Source: Candidatus Latescibacterota bacterium (GTDB lineage Bacteria; Latescibacterota; UBA2968). From it: a stretch of 64,000 nt of DNA. The notes under the pieces were generated by a model, which was given only the letters and a program-made list of their open reading frames with translations, searched no databases and had not been told where the DNA came from. The position numbers were made by a program, and so were the translations under genes. How positions within the stretch are numbered: position 1 is the first letter of the stretch; each line of letters begins with the position of its first letter. The stretch is from contig OZ242320.1 of the NCBI GenBank assembly GCA_965208125.1, positions 1,376,001 to 1,440,000 on the forward strand. The letters are read 5' to 3'. Below are positions 48,687 through 59,720 of this stretch, piece by piece.

Positions 48687-49553
48687 ATGGCAAAAAAACC
48701 CGTTCAAAAACCAAAAATTAAAATCATGGCCGCAGACTGGTCATTGAGAGATTACCCTTCTGCAAGAAATCCCTGGACTATTCAGACCAAAGTGCGAAAA
48801 GTCAAAGAAGCGGGATTTCACGGCATGTCGTCTGGAGCCGACGCCGAGTTAGCCGCAGAACTGCACAAACAGGGATTGGAAATGGTAGGCGGGGTAGATG
48901 TAGGCAGCAAAAAAGAAGCCGACGCAAAAATGAAAGCATTTGCCGACATAGGCGTGGTTCACATCAACGTGCAATTGTGCGATCACGACACAAAAACAAA
49001 AGACGCGGTAAAAGTCGCGCGCGCAGTCGTGAAAGCAGGAAAAAAGCACAACGTCAAACCCGCAATCGAGATCCATCGCGACACATGCACAGAAACACCG
49101 GAAAAAGCCTTTGCACTCGCCGATGCGTACCGAAAAAAACACAAAAAGAAATTGCGAATGAACTTCGACCACTCGCACCCGGCAATCATCAAACAACTCC
49201 GCCCGCACGAATACTGGGAACGGCTATCGGAACGCACCGACCTCTTGCAAATGCACGAACTCATCCACTTTCGCCCCTTCACCGGCAGCCATTGTCAGAC
49301 CCCGGTAACAAATGGCAAAGGGCGATTGGATCGCGATTTCAAAATCTGGCTGACAAATTACCTGGAACCCGCCCTCGAAGCGTGGTTACAGGGCGCAAAA
49401 CCGGGCAAAATACTCCATATCGTACCCGAACTGGGACCACAAGGCTCTGGATACGCGCTTGCCTGTTTCCCCGACATCTGGGAGGATGCCATTAGAGAAA
49501 AGAACGAGATAATAAAGGTCTGGCGCAAGCTGATGAGAAATTGGAGTCCGTAA
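48687..49553 (+). CDS. Xylose isomerase-like TIM-barrel protein
   Basis: EIHRDT.TE, FDHSH and PELGP..Y motifs. Confidence 0.7.
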   Translation: MAKKPVQKPKIKIMAADWSLRDYPSARNPWTIQTKVRKVKEAGFHGMSSGADAELAAELHKQGLEMVGGVDVGSKKEADAKMKAFADIGVVHINVQLCDHDTKTKDAVKVARAVVKAGKKHNVKPAIEIHRDTCTETPEKAFALADAYRKKHKKKLRMNFDHSHPAIIKQLRPHEYWERLSERTDLLQMHELIHFRPFTGSHCQTPVTNGKGRLDRDFKIWLTNYLEPALEAWLQGAKPGKILHIVPELGPQGSGYALACFPDIWEDAIREKNEIIKVWRKLMRNWSP

Positions 49554-49658
49554 ATAGGCAGGGAAATCTACGAATAGACGAATAGACGAACCCCGCTCAA
49601 CCACCCAAAGTTGCTACAAACTACGTCGTTGATTCGTTGATTCGCGCCTTTTATTTTA

Positions 49659-50450
49659 ATGGAAATAATTATGTCAAATCGCAATGGAAAAATCTTGATC
49701 GGCTCCATACTCCTGGACCTCAACCGCTGGGGCGATCCCAAAACACCGACCTACGAAGTAAGCGATTGGACTGACCGCTTTCGGAAAGCCGGATTTGACG
49801 GAATGGAACTCTGGGAATATCACGCCACACTGTGTTCAGACGCCGAACGCGAAAAACTGCTATCCTCTAATTTCCCCGCAACCATCTACAACACGTATTG
49901 CGACTTTGACGACAACTCTGCCGATGCGCGACAAAACGCGGCAGAAATGATCGGCCTATTCGGCTCAGCCGGTGTAAAATTCAACGTAGGCAAAGACCCT
50001 GCCCTGCGCCAAACCTATTTGAACAACCTGCGCGCCTGGCGTGAACAAGTCCCGCAAACCTGTACACTACTCTGCGAATGCCACCCGGGCACAATCGTTG
50101 AACACCCCGATGACGCCAGAGCATTCTTCGACGACCTGGGTATCGAAGGCTGGGAAATCATCGTACACTGCTTCATCCCCGAAATGGATATCCTGAAGCG
50201 ATGGTTTGATCTCTTTGGTCCCAAAGTCACCCACGCACACACCCAGCTACGCGACGAAAACACCAATGTCCAGTTGCTCCACGACCATCCCGAACGCGCC
50301 CAGACAGCACTGGACCTGATGGCTGAATACAAATTCGCTGGCTCCATCACCGTCGAATTTTCCAAAGGAACCCGCGAACCCGGCGAAAACATGGACGACC
50401 TCTGGACAGCGGCGAAAGCCGACCTATCGTTCTTGCGTGTGCATATTTAA
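49659..50450 (+). CDS. Sugar phosphate isomerase/epimerase-like TIM barrel
   Basis: GFDGMELW, CECHPGT, HAH.Q and TVEF motifs; start may be 49671. Confidence 0.7.
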   Translation: MEIIMSNRNGKILIGSILLDLNRWGDPKTPTYEVSDWTDRFRKAGFDGMELWEYHATLCSDAEREKLLSSNFPATIYNTYCDFDDNSADARQNAAEMIGLFGSAGVKFNVGKDPALRQTYLNNLRAWREQVPQTCTLLCECHPGTIVEHPDDARAFFDDLGIEGWEIIVHCFIPEMDILKRWFDLFGPKVTHAHTQLRDENTNVQLLHDHPERAQTALDLMAEYKFAGSITVEFSKGTREPGENMDDLWTAAKADLSFLRVHI

Positions 50451-50455
50451 AAAAC

Positions 50456-50485
50456 AAAAAAGGCTACTGATAACCTCGTAGCCTT
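50456..50485 (-). terminator. Probable intrinsic terminator between convergent genes
   Basis: AAGGCTAC/GTAGCCTT stem followed by a U run on the minus strand. Confidence 0.5.
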
Positions 50486-50519
50486 CAAAGAAACAATATG
50501 TTATAATCCTTTAGATTCG

Positions 50520-51005
50520 CTATTCTCCAGCTTTACTCAAAATTAGAGTCCTCACATTATCGCTGAGATGAAAATGTATCTCTTGCAACTGATCAAGTAA
50601 AGGTTTTACCGCCGAGATATAACCCTCTTGTTTAGCTTTGAGTAATACACCTGCTGTACCTGTTACACGCAAACCTCGCAGGCGAGCTATTTTTCTTGCG
50701 AGTTTTTCATCAATAATAACCAGACTATCCGATTCTTCTAATGCTAAAGCCAACACCTCCGCTTCACCTGAGCCAAAGTCTGTACTCAACCCCAGAATTT
50801 GAGATGACCGAATGGCTCGGGTTTCAATCCACTTATAATTGTCTATCTCTGGCACATCTTCGCCTTGTCTGCGTCCTATCTCCAATTCTGCTACAACTGC
50901 TTTTGGAATAATAATCTTCTGATAGAGTTCTTGAAGCAGATCGAGAAGACGAAGTCGATGGAGGTAAAAGATCGGCGATGTATTGCCGATCACGACCTCA
51001 GGCAT
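50520..51005 (-). CDS. DUF3368 PIN-domain protein (putative toxin)
   Basis: NTSP, IP.AV..E, GEAE, IIDE..AR and GT.GVL motifs. Confidence 0.85.
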   Translation of the reverse strand: MPEVVIGNTSPIFYLHRLRLLDLLQELYQKIIIPKAVVAELEIGRRQGEDVPEIDNYKWIETRAIRSSQILGLSTDFGSGEAEVLALALEESDSLVIIDEKLARKIARLRGLRVTGTAGVLLKAKQEGYISAVKPLLDQLQEIHFHLSDNVRTLILSKAGE

Positions 51006-51249
51006 TTTGGAGATCCTGTTCTAATTCTTCATCTGTCATATCAAATACAGACACGCCGTAGTGACCCATATTTTGGAGAAAATGAATGCGCGACATGCCA
51101 GCGAATTCAGCCGCATGCCCGGAAGACATCTTACCCATTTCATAGAGCTTGGCCGCGGCGGCCATGCGGACCTCCTGGGTAAATTCTTCAGGTGTCTCTT
51201 TTAAGGACAGAAAAATTTCTTCGGGCACTTCAATCTGAATCATCTGCAT
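50998..51249 (-). CDS. UPF0175 family protein (putative antitoxin)
   Basis: AAKLYE.GKMSSG.AAE.AGMSR..F motif; overlaps the DUF3368 start. Confidence 0.85.
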   Translation of the reverse strand: MQMIQIEVPEEIFLSLKETPEEFTQEVRMAAAAKLYEMGKMSSGHAAEFAGMSRIHFLQNMGHYGVSVFDMTDEELEQDLQNA

Positions 51250-51488
51250 TTTTGTTCCTTTAGTTTCATTATGGTCATTTAATAAATTTTAACCAGAATG
51301 CTCTTCTTGATAATTCTTACAAGATACTCAATATTACACAAATCTCAAACCCGTATCACAACCTTGCATTTTTGTAAACTGCTATTGCCGTTGTACATCT
51401 TTCTATTGAATTTTATCAATCTCTTTGTAAATTAGCGACCCGTAAATCCTGTAGAATGGTGCACACCTGATCCCGAATGGAGTAATAA

Positions 51489-52772
51489 ATGGCAAAAAAA
51501 GTAACAATAGCATTGATTGGTGCCGGGATGTTTGGCGGCGATGTTCACGCCCGGGCCTTTGCGGATCTGCAGCGCAACGGCATCAGTGGCCTGATGGGAC
51601 GAGTCGGACTCGACGCCTGGGCGCGCGACCTTGCAGACATCGAATTTGATCTCGTTGCAGTAGCCACGCGCAGCGAAGCATCCGCACAACGCGCAAAAAC
51701 CAACTTTGAGCAATGGACCGGACACGCGCCCGCACCCTATTGGGGCGAAACCCCTTGGGAAGATGTCTTGCGCGACTTTCCGGACCTCGACGTCATGGCC
51801 GTCGCTACACCCGACAACCTGCATACACCTGTGGTACTCGCAGCATTGAACAACGGCACCCATGTCATCACCGAAAAACCGATGTGTTTATCGGTCCACG
51901 AAGCCGACGAAATGATCGAACTCGCCAATGAAAAAGGACTGGTATGCGCGGTAGATATGCACAAACGCTACGACCCGGATCACATGCGCATCGAGCACGA
52001 CATCGCCAATCGCATCGGCGATCCCATTTACGGGCTCGCCATGTTGGAAGAACCCCTCGAAGTATCCACCACCACATTTAAGTGGGCAGAAGAAAGCGAC
52101 CCCTTCTCCTACGTGGGACCCCACTGGGTCGATCTATTTTACAACTACTACCGCAGCAAACCCGTATCCCTCACAGCCGTAGGGCAAAAAAAACGCCTCA
52201 TACGCGATGGAATTGACGCTTATGACGCCGTCCAGGTTCGCGTAGATTTCGACAACGGCATGAGCATTTACTTCCACAACAACTGGATCACACCCGATGA
52301 TTTTGAAGGTCCCGTCAATCAGGGACACGAAATAGTCGGCACCGACGGCAAAGTGGAATCCGACCAGCAATATCGCGGATTTCGCTTTTGGTACGCAGAC
52401 GGCGGCAGCCAGAGCTCAAACAACCACTTCACCCGCAACGTCAAACGCCCCGACGGCTCAGAAGTCTATGTGGGCTATGGCACAGACAGCATCATCGTGG
52501 CACTGGTTGCAATATGTCGCATCGAATTTTTGGGCGAAACCCTATCAGACGTAAAAGAAATCTATCCCACCGCTGAAGACGGGCGGATCACCACGGCAAT
52601 CGTAGATGCCGCGCGCATCGTCCGCGACCGCAATTTTGAATACATGCGCGAAGGCAAAGGCGCCACAGTCACAGCGCAATTCGGCGCAGACGGCATCACC
52701 ATCGTCGATCCCAACCGCGCATCTGACGGACCCGACGCAGTATTTGAAAAAATATACGATAGGCCAGTGTGA
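51489..52772 (+). CDS. Gfo/Idh/MocA oxidoreductase
   Basis: IGAGMFG, VATPD.LH, TEKP and HKRYDP motifs. Confidence 0.88.
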   Translation: MAKKVTIALIGAGMFGGDVHARAFADLQRNGISGLMGRVGLDAWARDLADIEFDLVAVATRSEASAQRAKTNFEQWTGHAPAPYWGETPWEDVLRDFPDLDVMAVATPDNLHTPVVLAALNNGTHVITEKPMCLSVHEADEMIELANEKGLVCAVDMHKRYDPDHMRIEHDIANRIGDPIYGLAMLEEPLEVSTTTFKWAEESDPFSYVGPHWVDLFYNYYRSKPVSLTAVGQKKRLIRDGIDAYDAVQVRVDFDNGMSIYFHNNWITPDDFEGPVNQGHEIVGTDGKVESDQQYRGFRFWYADGGSQSSNNHFTRNVKRPDGSEVYVGYGTDSIIVALVAICRIEFLGETLSDVKEIYPTAEDGRITTAIVDAARIVRDRNFEYMREGKGATVTAQFGADGITIVDPNRASDGPDAVFEKIYDRPV

Positions 52773-52814
52773 AGTAGGAAGTAGGAAGTAGGAAGTAGGA
52801 AGTGTGAAGTGTGA
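52766..52814. repeat. Heptamer tandem array AGTRKGA x7
   Basis: AGTGTGA (AGTAGGA)4 (AGTGTGA)2; the first unit contains the gene's stop codon. Confidence 0.9.
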
Positions 52815-52873
52815 AGTGGAGTGGTGGAAGGGTGGCATCCTGTAAATCCTTTAATCCGGGACATCCTGATCCA

Positions 52874-54250
52874 ATGGGAAAAGAATTTGACATCACCCCT
52901 GTTAACGTACCAAAAATCGACACAAAATATCGCCGCATCGTGACCCCTGTCCCCCATCCAGACTCGGTGGCAACTTTGGAAACCCTGCACAGGATAGAAC
53001 CCATCTCCATGCGCGGACAACCGCCCATAGTATGGGATCGCGCAGAAGATTGTCAGGTCTATGACAAATACGGCAACATGTGGCTCGACTGGAGCTCGGG
53101 CGTACTCGTCACCAATGCCGGACACGGCATGCCCGAAGTCAGGCGTGCAATCGTAGATCAGGTAGGCACCGGACTATTGCACAACTACGTATTCCCGAGT
53201 GAAGAACGGGCGCAACTCGTCGAATTTCTGGCGGACCTGGCACCAGAAGGATTGGACAAAGTTTTTCTTTTAACAACCGGATCTGAAAGCACAGAAAACG
53301 CCTTAAAACTCGCGCGAACTTATGGCATTACAACCGGGGGAAAAAAGAAAATCGGCTTTGTGGGATTTGAACGCGGATTTCACGGACGCACAATGGGCGC
53401 CCAGCAAGTCGGCGGCATGCCCGGGCAAAAAGACTGGATCGGCAATGAAGACCCCGCCATTGTACAGGTCCCCTTTCCCGACGGATATTGGACGGAAAAC
53501 GTGGACTTCGATTTCTTCTGCTCTACACTCAAACACAAAGGACTAAATGCAGACAATGTATGCGGCGTCATGCTCGAAACATATCAGGGCGTGGGACCTG
53601 ATTTCGCGCCCGTAGCGTACGTACAGGCACTATCTGAATGGTGCAAAGCACACGGCGCCCTGTTGATCTTTGATGAAGTACAGGCGGGATTTGGTCGCAC
53701 AGGTAAAATGTGGGGATTTGAGCACTACGGCGTAATTCCCGACCTGATATGCTTTGGCAAAGGCGTAAGCAGCTCCCTGCCTCTATCGGGCGTAATCGGC
53801 AGAACCGAAGTCATGGACTTATACCCCCCCGGATCAATGACAAGCACCCACACGGGCAACCCCGTCTGTTGTGCAGCGGCACTCGCCAGCCTGAAAAAAA
53901 TCGTAAATGACGACTTAACCGGCAATGCAGCGCGACTCGAACCCGTATTAGCGAACGGAATCAAAAAAATCCAGACCGCGCATCCCGACGTGGTCGGGCA
54001 CGTAACCTGCAAAGGACTCGTAGGCGGCGTGCAAATGGTAAAAGCCGGTCAAAAAGAACCCGACCCGGATCTGGCGCACGAAATTGTACTGCGATGTTTT
54101 CACAAAGGACTGCTATTCTTTGCCCCTGTGGGCGCGTGGGGACAAACCGTAAAAATCTCTCCGCCCTTAACCATTGAACAAGACGCGCTCGAAGATGGCT
54201 TACAGGTACTTGGTGAAGTCGTAGATGAGGCGGTAAGAGGTAAGAAGTAA
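52874..54250 (+). CDS. Class III aminotransferase (GABA/ornithine type)
   Basis: TGSE..ENA.K, FHGRT, DEVQAGFGRTG and FGKG motifs. Confidence 0.9.
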   Translation: MGKEFDITPVNVPKIDTKYRRIVTPVPHPDSVATLETLHRIEPISMRGQPPIVWDRAEDCQVYDKYGNMWLDWSSGVLVTNAGHGMPEVRRAIVDQVGTGLLHNYVFPSEERAQLVEFLADLAPEGLDKVFLLTTGSESTENALKLARTYGITTGGKKKIGFVGFERGFHGRTMGAQQVGGMPGQKDWIGNEDPAIVQVPFPDGYWTENVDFDFFCSTLKHKGLNADNVCGVMLETYQGVGPDFAPVAYVQALSEWCKAHGALLIFDEVQAGFGRTGKMWGFEHYGVIPDLICFGKGVSSSLPLSGVIGRTEVMDLYPPGSMTSTHTGNPVCCAAALASLKKIVNDDLTGNAARLEPVLANGIKKIQTAHPDVVGHVTCKGLVGGVQMVKAGQKEPDPDLAHEIVLRCFHKGLLFFAPVGAWGQTVKISPPLTIEQDALEDGLQVLGEVVDEAVRGKK

Positions 54251-54280
54251 AAAGTAAGACGACCACCCAACACCACCCCA

Positions 54281-54313
54281 CTGGATCGCGGCTCAACACC
54301 ATGCCGCGATGAC
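54281..54313. repeat. Palindromic repeat family B (CTGGATCGCGGC-n-CATGCCGCGATGAC)
   Basis: Three copies, at 54281, 56444 and 57259. Confidence 0.85.
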
Positions 54314-54370
54314 GTGCCTTTCACGTCTCACCTTTCACATCTCACGTTTAACGCTTTTCGAGGATTTTAT

Positions 54371-55540
54371 ATGTCAAACGAAAAACCCGGACGACTGCGC
54401 GAAGTAGCGGCATTATTCTTCAAACTCGGTGTCATAGGCTTTGGTGGACCCGCAGCGCACATCGCCCTGATGGAAGACGAAGTAGTTGAAAAACGCGCGT
54501 GGCTATCGCGCGAGCGATTCTTAGACCTCGTCGGCGTAACCAGCATTATCCCCGGACCAAACTCGACTGAAATGGCGATACACCTGGGATTCTTGCGCGG
54601 CGGTTGGCCCGGCCTATTGCTCGCTGGCCTGTGTTTTATATTTCCCGCCGTTACATTGACAACAATCCTCGCCTGGGCTTACATGACTTATGGCGCCATC
54701 CCACAGGTTGCCGACTTGCTCTATGGCATCAAACCAGCGGTACTCGCCGTCATCTTGGGCGCACTCTGGCGACTGGGTCAAAAAGCCGTAAAGGGCTGGC
54801 GATTGAGCTTTCTGGGCCTGGCTGTAATGCTCGTAGCCCTCACCCAATTTAGCGGCGTCCTCGCACTGATCGGCGGCGGAATCATTGGAATGTTCTGGCT
54901 TAGAATGACGCGATCAAGAGACCGCGAACACATGGCCGTAATAGCACCTGTGGCCGGCACGGGATTGACCATGCTCGCAAGCCAGGGCGCCGTATCCGCA
55001 GCAGGTCCAACCCTGTGGGCACTGGGCCTATTCTTTCTAAAAATTGGCGCAATCCTCTACGGCAGCGGATACTTGCTCATTGCATTTCTCGAAGAAGAAC
55101 TCGTACTCGGATATGCCTGGCTAACCCAGGAACAATTGCTGGAAGCCATTGCCATCGGCCAGTTCACGCCCGGACCCGTATTATCGACCGCGGCCTTCAT
55201 CGGCTATCTCGTCACCGGCGGCAAATTATCCGGCGCACTCGTCGCTGCTGGCGCGATCTTCTTGCCCTCCTTTGTATTTGTCGCTGCCCTGAACCCCCTC
55301 TTGCCCCGCCTGCGAGAATCTGAATGGGTGGCGTCATTCCTCGACGCCGTAAACGTCTGTGCCGTGGGATTGATGGCCGCTGTAACAATAGAACTGGGCT
55401 ATCTAACCCTGGATTCAATACCCAAAATGGCAATCGCAGGCATCGCATCCATTCTGATATTGTGGCGCGGAATCGGCGCAGTGTGGCTGGTCGTTGGCGG
55501 AGCCGTTGTGGGTTGGATCATCCTCGCCGCGGGCTTTTAG
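54371..55540 (+). CDS. chrA: Chromate efflux transporter (long-chain CHR)
   Basis: GFGGPAAHIA, PGPNS, YGSGY and GQFTPGP motifs. Confidence 0.9.
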   Translation: MSNEKPGRLREVAALFFKLGVIGFGGPAAHIALMEDEVVEKRAWLSRERFLDLVGVTSIIPGPNSTEMAIHLGFLRGGWPGLLLAGLCFIFPAVTLTTILAWAYMTYGAIPQVADLLYGIKPAVLAVILGALWRLGQKAVKGWRLSFLGLAVMLVALTQFSGVLALIGGGIIGMFWLRMTRSRDREHMAVIAPVAGTGLTMLASQGAVSAAGPTLWALGLFFLKIGAILYGSGYLLIAFLEEELVLGYAWLTQEQLLEAIAIGQFTPGPVLSTAAFIGYLVTGGKLSGALVAAGAIFLPSFVFVAALNPLLPRLRESEWVASFLDAVNVCAVGLMAAVTIELGYLTLDSIPKMAIAGIASILILWRGIGAVWLVVGGAVVGWIILAAGF

Positions 55541-55542
55541 GG

Positions 55543-56433
55543 ATGAATCAGGAATATCTCAAACCCGAAGTCGTCTCCCGGCTCGCGCGCCTGGACCTGA
55601 TCGCCCGCATGGTCGTCGAAGGATTTATCACCGGCCTTCATCAAAGCCCCTACCACGGATTCTCCGTCGAATTTTCCGAATACCGTCAATACATGCCGGG
55701 TGACTCACTGCGCGACCTGGACTGGAAAGTATTTGGCAAAACCGACCGCCTCTACGTCAAACAATACGAAGAAGAAACCAACCTCAAATCCCATCTCCTC
55801 ATAGACGCCAGTGCCTCAATGGCCTATGCCTCGGACGCCACCACCAAATACCAATACGCATCTTATACCGCAGCCGCCCTATCCCATCTCATGTTGCGCC
55901 AGCGCGACGCAGTCGGATTAATCTCCTTCGATGATCGCATCCGCACGTATCTGCCGCCCCGCTCAGTCACCAGTCATTTGCACACCCTGCTGACCACGCT
56001 TCAAAACACCAGCCCCGAAGGCGCCGACACCGATCTGGCCGCCACCTTTCACGAACTGGCCGAACGCATCGTGCGCCGCGGCCTCGTCATCGTCATCTCC
56101 GACCTCTTCGACGACCCGGACCGCCTGCTCAACGGCCTCAAACACTTTCGCCATCGCAACCACGAAGTCATCGTCTTCCACATCCTGGATCCCAGAGAAC
56201 GCGACCTCAACTTCAACCGCGAAATGCGCTTTGTCGATCTCGAATCAGGCACGCAAATCGCCACAGAACCCTGGCATCTCGCACCTGCGTACCGCGAACA
56301 CATGGAAACCCTCATCAACCGCTACCGCCGCGAATGCCGCGAAGCCATGATTGACTACGTCCTCCTCGAAACCTCAGAACCCTTTGACACCGCCCTCTTC
56401 AACTACCTCGCCAAACGCAAAAAATTGATGTGA
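55543..56433 (+). CDS. DUF58 domain protein (vWA-like, MoxR-associated family)
   Basis: GFSVEFSEYRQYMPGD..R.LDWK, DASASM and ISD motifs. Confidence 0.9.
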   Translation: MNQEYLKPEVVSRLARLDLIARMVVEGFITGLHQSPYHGFSVEFSEYRQYMPGDSLRDLDWKVFGKTDRLYVKQYEEETNLKSHLLIDASASMAYASDATTKYQYASYTAAALSHLMLRQRDAVGLISFDDRIRTYLPPRSVTSHLHTLLTTLQNTSPEGADTDLAATFHELAERIVRRGLVIVISDLFDDPDRLLNGLKHFRHRNHEVIVFHILDPRERDLNFNREMRFVDLESGTQIATEPWHLAPAYREHMETLINRYRRECREAMIDYVLLETSEPFDTALFNYLAKRKKLM

Positions 56434-56443
56434 GAGAATTAAG

Positions 56444-56475
56444 CTGGATCGCGGCTAAAACCATGCCGCGATGAC
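56444..56475. repeat. Palindromic repeat family B
   Basis: CTGGATCGCGGCTAAAACCATGCCGCGATGAC. Confidence 0.85.
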
Positions 56476-56526
56476 ACTGCTCTCTTCTTGTATCTTTGTG
56501 TCTCCGTGTCTTCGTGTGAGGCCCTC

Positions 56527-57195
56527 TCACTTCTCACTTCTCATCGTCGAACCAAAAAAATTTGTCTTCAAATCGATCTTCTTCCCAACCCGGTTACCCA
56601 CCAGCCCGCGCGCGCCTGCAATATCAAAATCCTTCAACGCAATCTCAAACTCGCCCTTCACTACAAAAAAATCCCCTGGCGCGCGCTTCTTTGTCTGCTC
56701 TGACGCCAGCAAATACGTCGCCTCAAAAGGAATCTCCATCGCCTTATCCACGCCGTGCAGTGAAAAAGTCCCTATTGCCAACCCCTTAATCACAGCCCTA
56801 TCTTCTCCTCTCTCCACAGACACATCCTTCAACCCTGCAATCTCAAACACAATCACCGGAAACTGTTTTTCATCCAACCAATCCTCGCTATGCAAATGCT
56901 CATCGCGCTTCTCAATACCCGTTTCCATACTCGCAACCTGCACCTCTATCTTCCCCGTCATACCCTCCAAATTTGCCGGATCCAGTATCAACTCGCCCGA
57001 AATCTCCGACGCTGTACCGTGGATCTCCTCCAGCGGTGCCGAACTCACAAACTGAATCTGATTCTTACCCACCTCATTGCGCAAAACAATCGTCTGCACA
57101 CCCTCAACCGGCAACCCCAATGATGTCTCCGCCCAGACCTGTTGCACTGCAACACACCCGACAAAAAACAAACCAATGATCCACCGCATACTCAT
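56527..57195 (-). CDS. YceI family periplasmic protein
   Basis: Signal peptide; TG...RDEHL.S.DWLD..QFP and LHGV motifs. Confidence 0.85.
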   Translation of the reverse strand: MSMRWIIGLFFVGCVAVQQVWAETSLGLPVEGVQTIVLRNEVGKNQIQFVSSAPLEEIHGTASEISGELILDPANLEGMTGKIEVQVASMETGIEKRDEHLHSEDWLDEKQFPVIVFEIAGLKDVSVERGEDRAVIKGLAIGTFSLHGVDKAMEIPFEATYLLASEQTKKRAPGDFFVVKGEFEIALKDFDIAGARGLVGNRVGKKIDLKTNFFGSTMRSEK

Positions 57196-57258
57196 ATTTT
57201 GTCTCCTTCTCTTGTGGTAACACCCAAACAATATAATCAGCAGTCAGCGAAGAACTTC

Positions 57259-57363
57259 CTGGATCGCGGCTTTAAACATGCCGCGATGACGGTTGCCTTT
57301 AACGTCTCGCTTGTTTCCCTCTTCACATTTCACACTTCCTACTTCAACCTTCACACTTCCTAC
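57259..57363. repeat. Family B palindrome followed by a heptamer CTTCACA/CTTCCTA tract
   Basis: 57259-57290 palindrome; 57321-57363 heptamers. Confidence 0.8.
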
Positions 57364-57391
57364 CCGTTCCCGAAATCCTGCAAATATCTCC

Positions 57392-57421
57392 TTGACTTTG
57401 GCCTTCGCATACTCGTATAAT
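57392..57421 (+). promoter_or_regulatory. icd promoter
   Basis: TTGACT-18bp-TATAAT. Confidence 0.6.
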
Positions 57422-57463
57422 ACGCACTTCAAAATCCGCCACAACAAAAACTCAGGAAATATC

Positions 57464-59680
57464 ATGACATCAATCGTCTATACAAAAACCGATGAAGCAC
57501 CTGCATTGGCAACGTGCTCTCTGCTCCCAATCATCAAAACATTCGCAGAACCCGCCGGCATTGAAATAACAATAAAAGATATCTCTCTTGCCGGCAGAAT
57601 AATCGCGAATTTCTCGGAAAACTTAACCGAAAATCAGAAACAATCCGATGCGTTGATGGAACTGGGAGAACTGGCAAAAACACCCGAAGCCAACATCATC
57701 AAACTGCCCAACATCAGCGCCTCCATACCCCAGTTGACCGCAGCAATCCGCGAATTACAAGAAAAAGGATATGATATCCCGGACTATCCCGAAGAACCGC
57801 AAACCGAAGCAGAGCGAGAAATTAAAGACCGATATGCAAAAATTCTCGGAAGTGCCGTAAACCCCGTCTTGCGAGAGGGCAACTCGGATCGCAGGGTGGC
57901 ATCCGCCGTAAAAGAATACGCCAAAAACAACCCACACCCCATGGGCGAATGGACCTCGGAATCCCAATCGGATGTGGCATACATGCGCGATGAAGACTTC
58001 TACGGCAGTGAACAATCCGTCGTAGCAACAGCAGATAGCACGCTCAAAATCGAGTTTGTAGATACCGACGGAAACACAACGATTCTCAAAGACGACATAT
58101 CCGTCCAGGCCAGCGAAGTCGTCGATGCAATGGTCCTGAACTGTCGCGCATTGCGCGCATTTTACGAAACCCAACTCGAAAAAGCAAAAAACAAAGGTAT
58201 TTTATTCTCACTCCACCTCAAAGCCACCATGATGAAAGTATCAGACCCGATCCTCTTTGGTCATGCGGTCTCTGTCTATTACAAAGACGTATTTGAAAAA
58301 CACGCCACTGTATTTAATGAACTCGGCATCGACCCAAACAACGGCATAGGAGAAGTATATACAAAAATAGCGCGCCTGCCAGAAACGCAACGCGCAGAAA
58401 TCGAAGCCGATATTGAAGCCTGTTATACCCATCGCCCGGACCTCGCCATGGTCAACTCAGACCGCGGCATCACAAATCTACACGTACCCAGCGACGTAAT
58501 CATCGACGCATCCATGCCCGCTGCAATCCGCGAATCCGGACAAATGTGGGGACCCGACGGCGAACTCCGCGACACCATTTTCACCATCCCCGACCGCTCT
58601 TATGCGCGCATCTATCGCGAAATCATCGACTTTCACAAAGAACACGGAACATTCGATGTTACCAAAATGGGCAATGTATCCAACGTCGGCTTAATGGCAC
58701 AAAAAGCAGAAGAATACGGATCGCACGACAAAACTTATGAAATACCCGCAAATGGCCGCGTTCGCGTCGTCGATGCTTCGGGGCAGGTCTTGCTCAATCA
58801 CGAAGTAGAAAAAGGGGACATCTGGCGCGCGTGTCAGACCAGGGACCTTCCAATACGGGACTGGGTCAACCTCGCCGTCAACCGCGCGCGCATAACCGGA
58901 TCCGCTGCTATATTCTGGCTGGACGAAAACAGAGCGCACGACAGAAACTTAATCGACAAAGTCGATACCTATTTGAAAGACTGCGACACAAGCGGTTTAG
59001 ACATCCAAATTCTATCCCCAACAAAAGCCATGCGCGCAACCCTGCAACGCGCAAAAGATGGCAAAAACACCATCTCCGTCACCGGCAATGTCTTGCGCGA
59101 CTACCTCACAGACCTGTTTCCAATACTCGAACTGGGAACCAGTGCAAAAATGCTTTCAATTGTACCCCTTCTGGCAGGCGGAAGCCTTTTCGAAACCGGC
59201 GCGGGAGGCTCTGCTCCCAAGCACGTACAACAATTTGTAGAAGAAGGGCATTTGAGGTGGGATTCACTGGGAGAAATATTGGCCCTCGCCGCATCCCTCG
59301 AAGACCTGGGGCATAAAACCAACAACAAAACAGCCAACATCCTATCCGAAACACTAAACGAAGCAACCCGCGTATTTTTAAACAACAAAAAATCGCCCTC
59401 GCGCGTAGTCCACGAATTGGACAACCGCGGAAGCCATTTTTACCTCGCACTGTACTGGGCACAGGCACTGGCTCAACAAAGCGAAAACGCGGCACTTCAA
59501 ACGCGATTTGCAAAATTGGCGCAGCAACTTGAAGCAAATGAAACAACCATCATCGACGAACTCAATGCAGCACAGGGTCCACCCGTTGACATGGGCGGCT
59601 ATTACCTCCCAGACACCGAAAAAATAACAGCGGCCATGCGCCCGAGCGCAACATTCAACGCCATATTGGACAAGGCGTAA
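57464..59680 (+). CDS. icd: Monomeric NADP-dependent isocitrate dehydrogenase
   Basis: [38 protein letters not shown] and [12 protein letters not shown] motifs. Confidence 0.97.
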   Translation: MTSIVYTKTDEAPALATCSLLPIIKTFAEPAGIEITIKDISLAGRIIANFSENLTENQKQSDALMELGELAKTPEANIIKLPNISASIPQLTAAIRELQEKGYDIPDYPEEPQTEAEREIKDRYAKILGSAVNPVLREGNSDRRVASAVKEYAKNNPHPMGEWTSESQSDVAYMRDEDFYGSEQSVVATADSTLKIEFVDTDGNTTILKDDISVQASEVVDAMVLNCRALRAFYETQLEKAKNKGILFSLHLKATMMKVSDPILFGHAVSVYYKDVFEKHATVFNELGIDPNNGIGEVYTKIARLPETQRAEIEADIEACYTHRPDLAMVNSDRGITNLHVPSDVIIDASMPAAIRESGQMWGPDGELRDTIFTIPDRSYARIYREIIDFHKEHGTFDVTKMGNVSNVGLMAQKAEEYGSHDKTYEIPANGRVRVVDASGQVLLNHEVEKGDIWRACQTRDLPIRDWVNLAVNRARITGSAAIFWLDENRAHDRNLIDKVDTYLKDCDTSGLDIQILSPTKAMRATLQRAKDGKNTISVTGNVLRDYLTDLFPILELGTSAKMLSIVPLLAGGSLFETGAGGSAPKHVQQFVEEGHLRWDSLGEILALAASLEDLGHKTNNKTANILSETLNEATRVFLNNKKSPSRVVHELDNRGSHFYLALYWAQALAQQSENAALQTRFAKLAQQLEANETTIIDELNAAQGPPVDMGGYYLPDTEKITAAMRPSATFNAILDKA

Positions 59681-59692
59681 ATGACCACCTGT

Positions 59693-59719
59693 GGGCGACC
59701 ACAGGGGGTCGCCCCTACA
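59693..59719. repeat. REP family A
   Basis: Identical to 17493-17519; lies between convergent genes. Confidence 0.85.
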
Positions 59720-59720
59720 A

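Noticed and set aside
52766-52826. CRISPR array
   Set aside because: 7-bp tandem units without spacers; no cas genes in the window
55543-56433. Complete MoxR/Bat chaperone locus
   Set aside because: Only DUF58 is present; no AAA ATPase or vWA partners in the window
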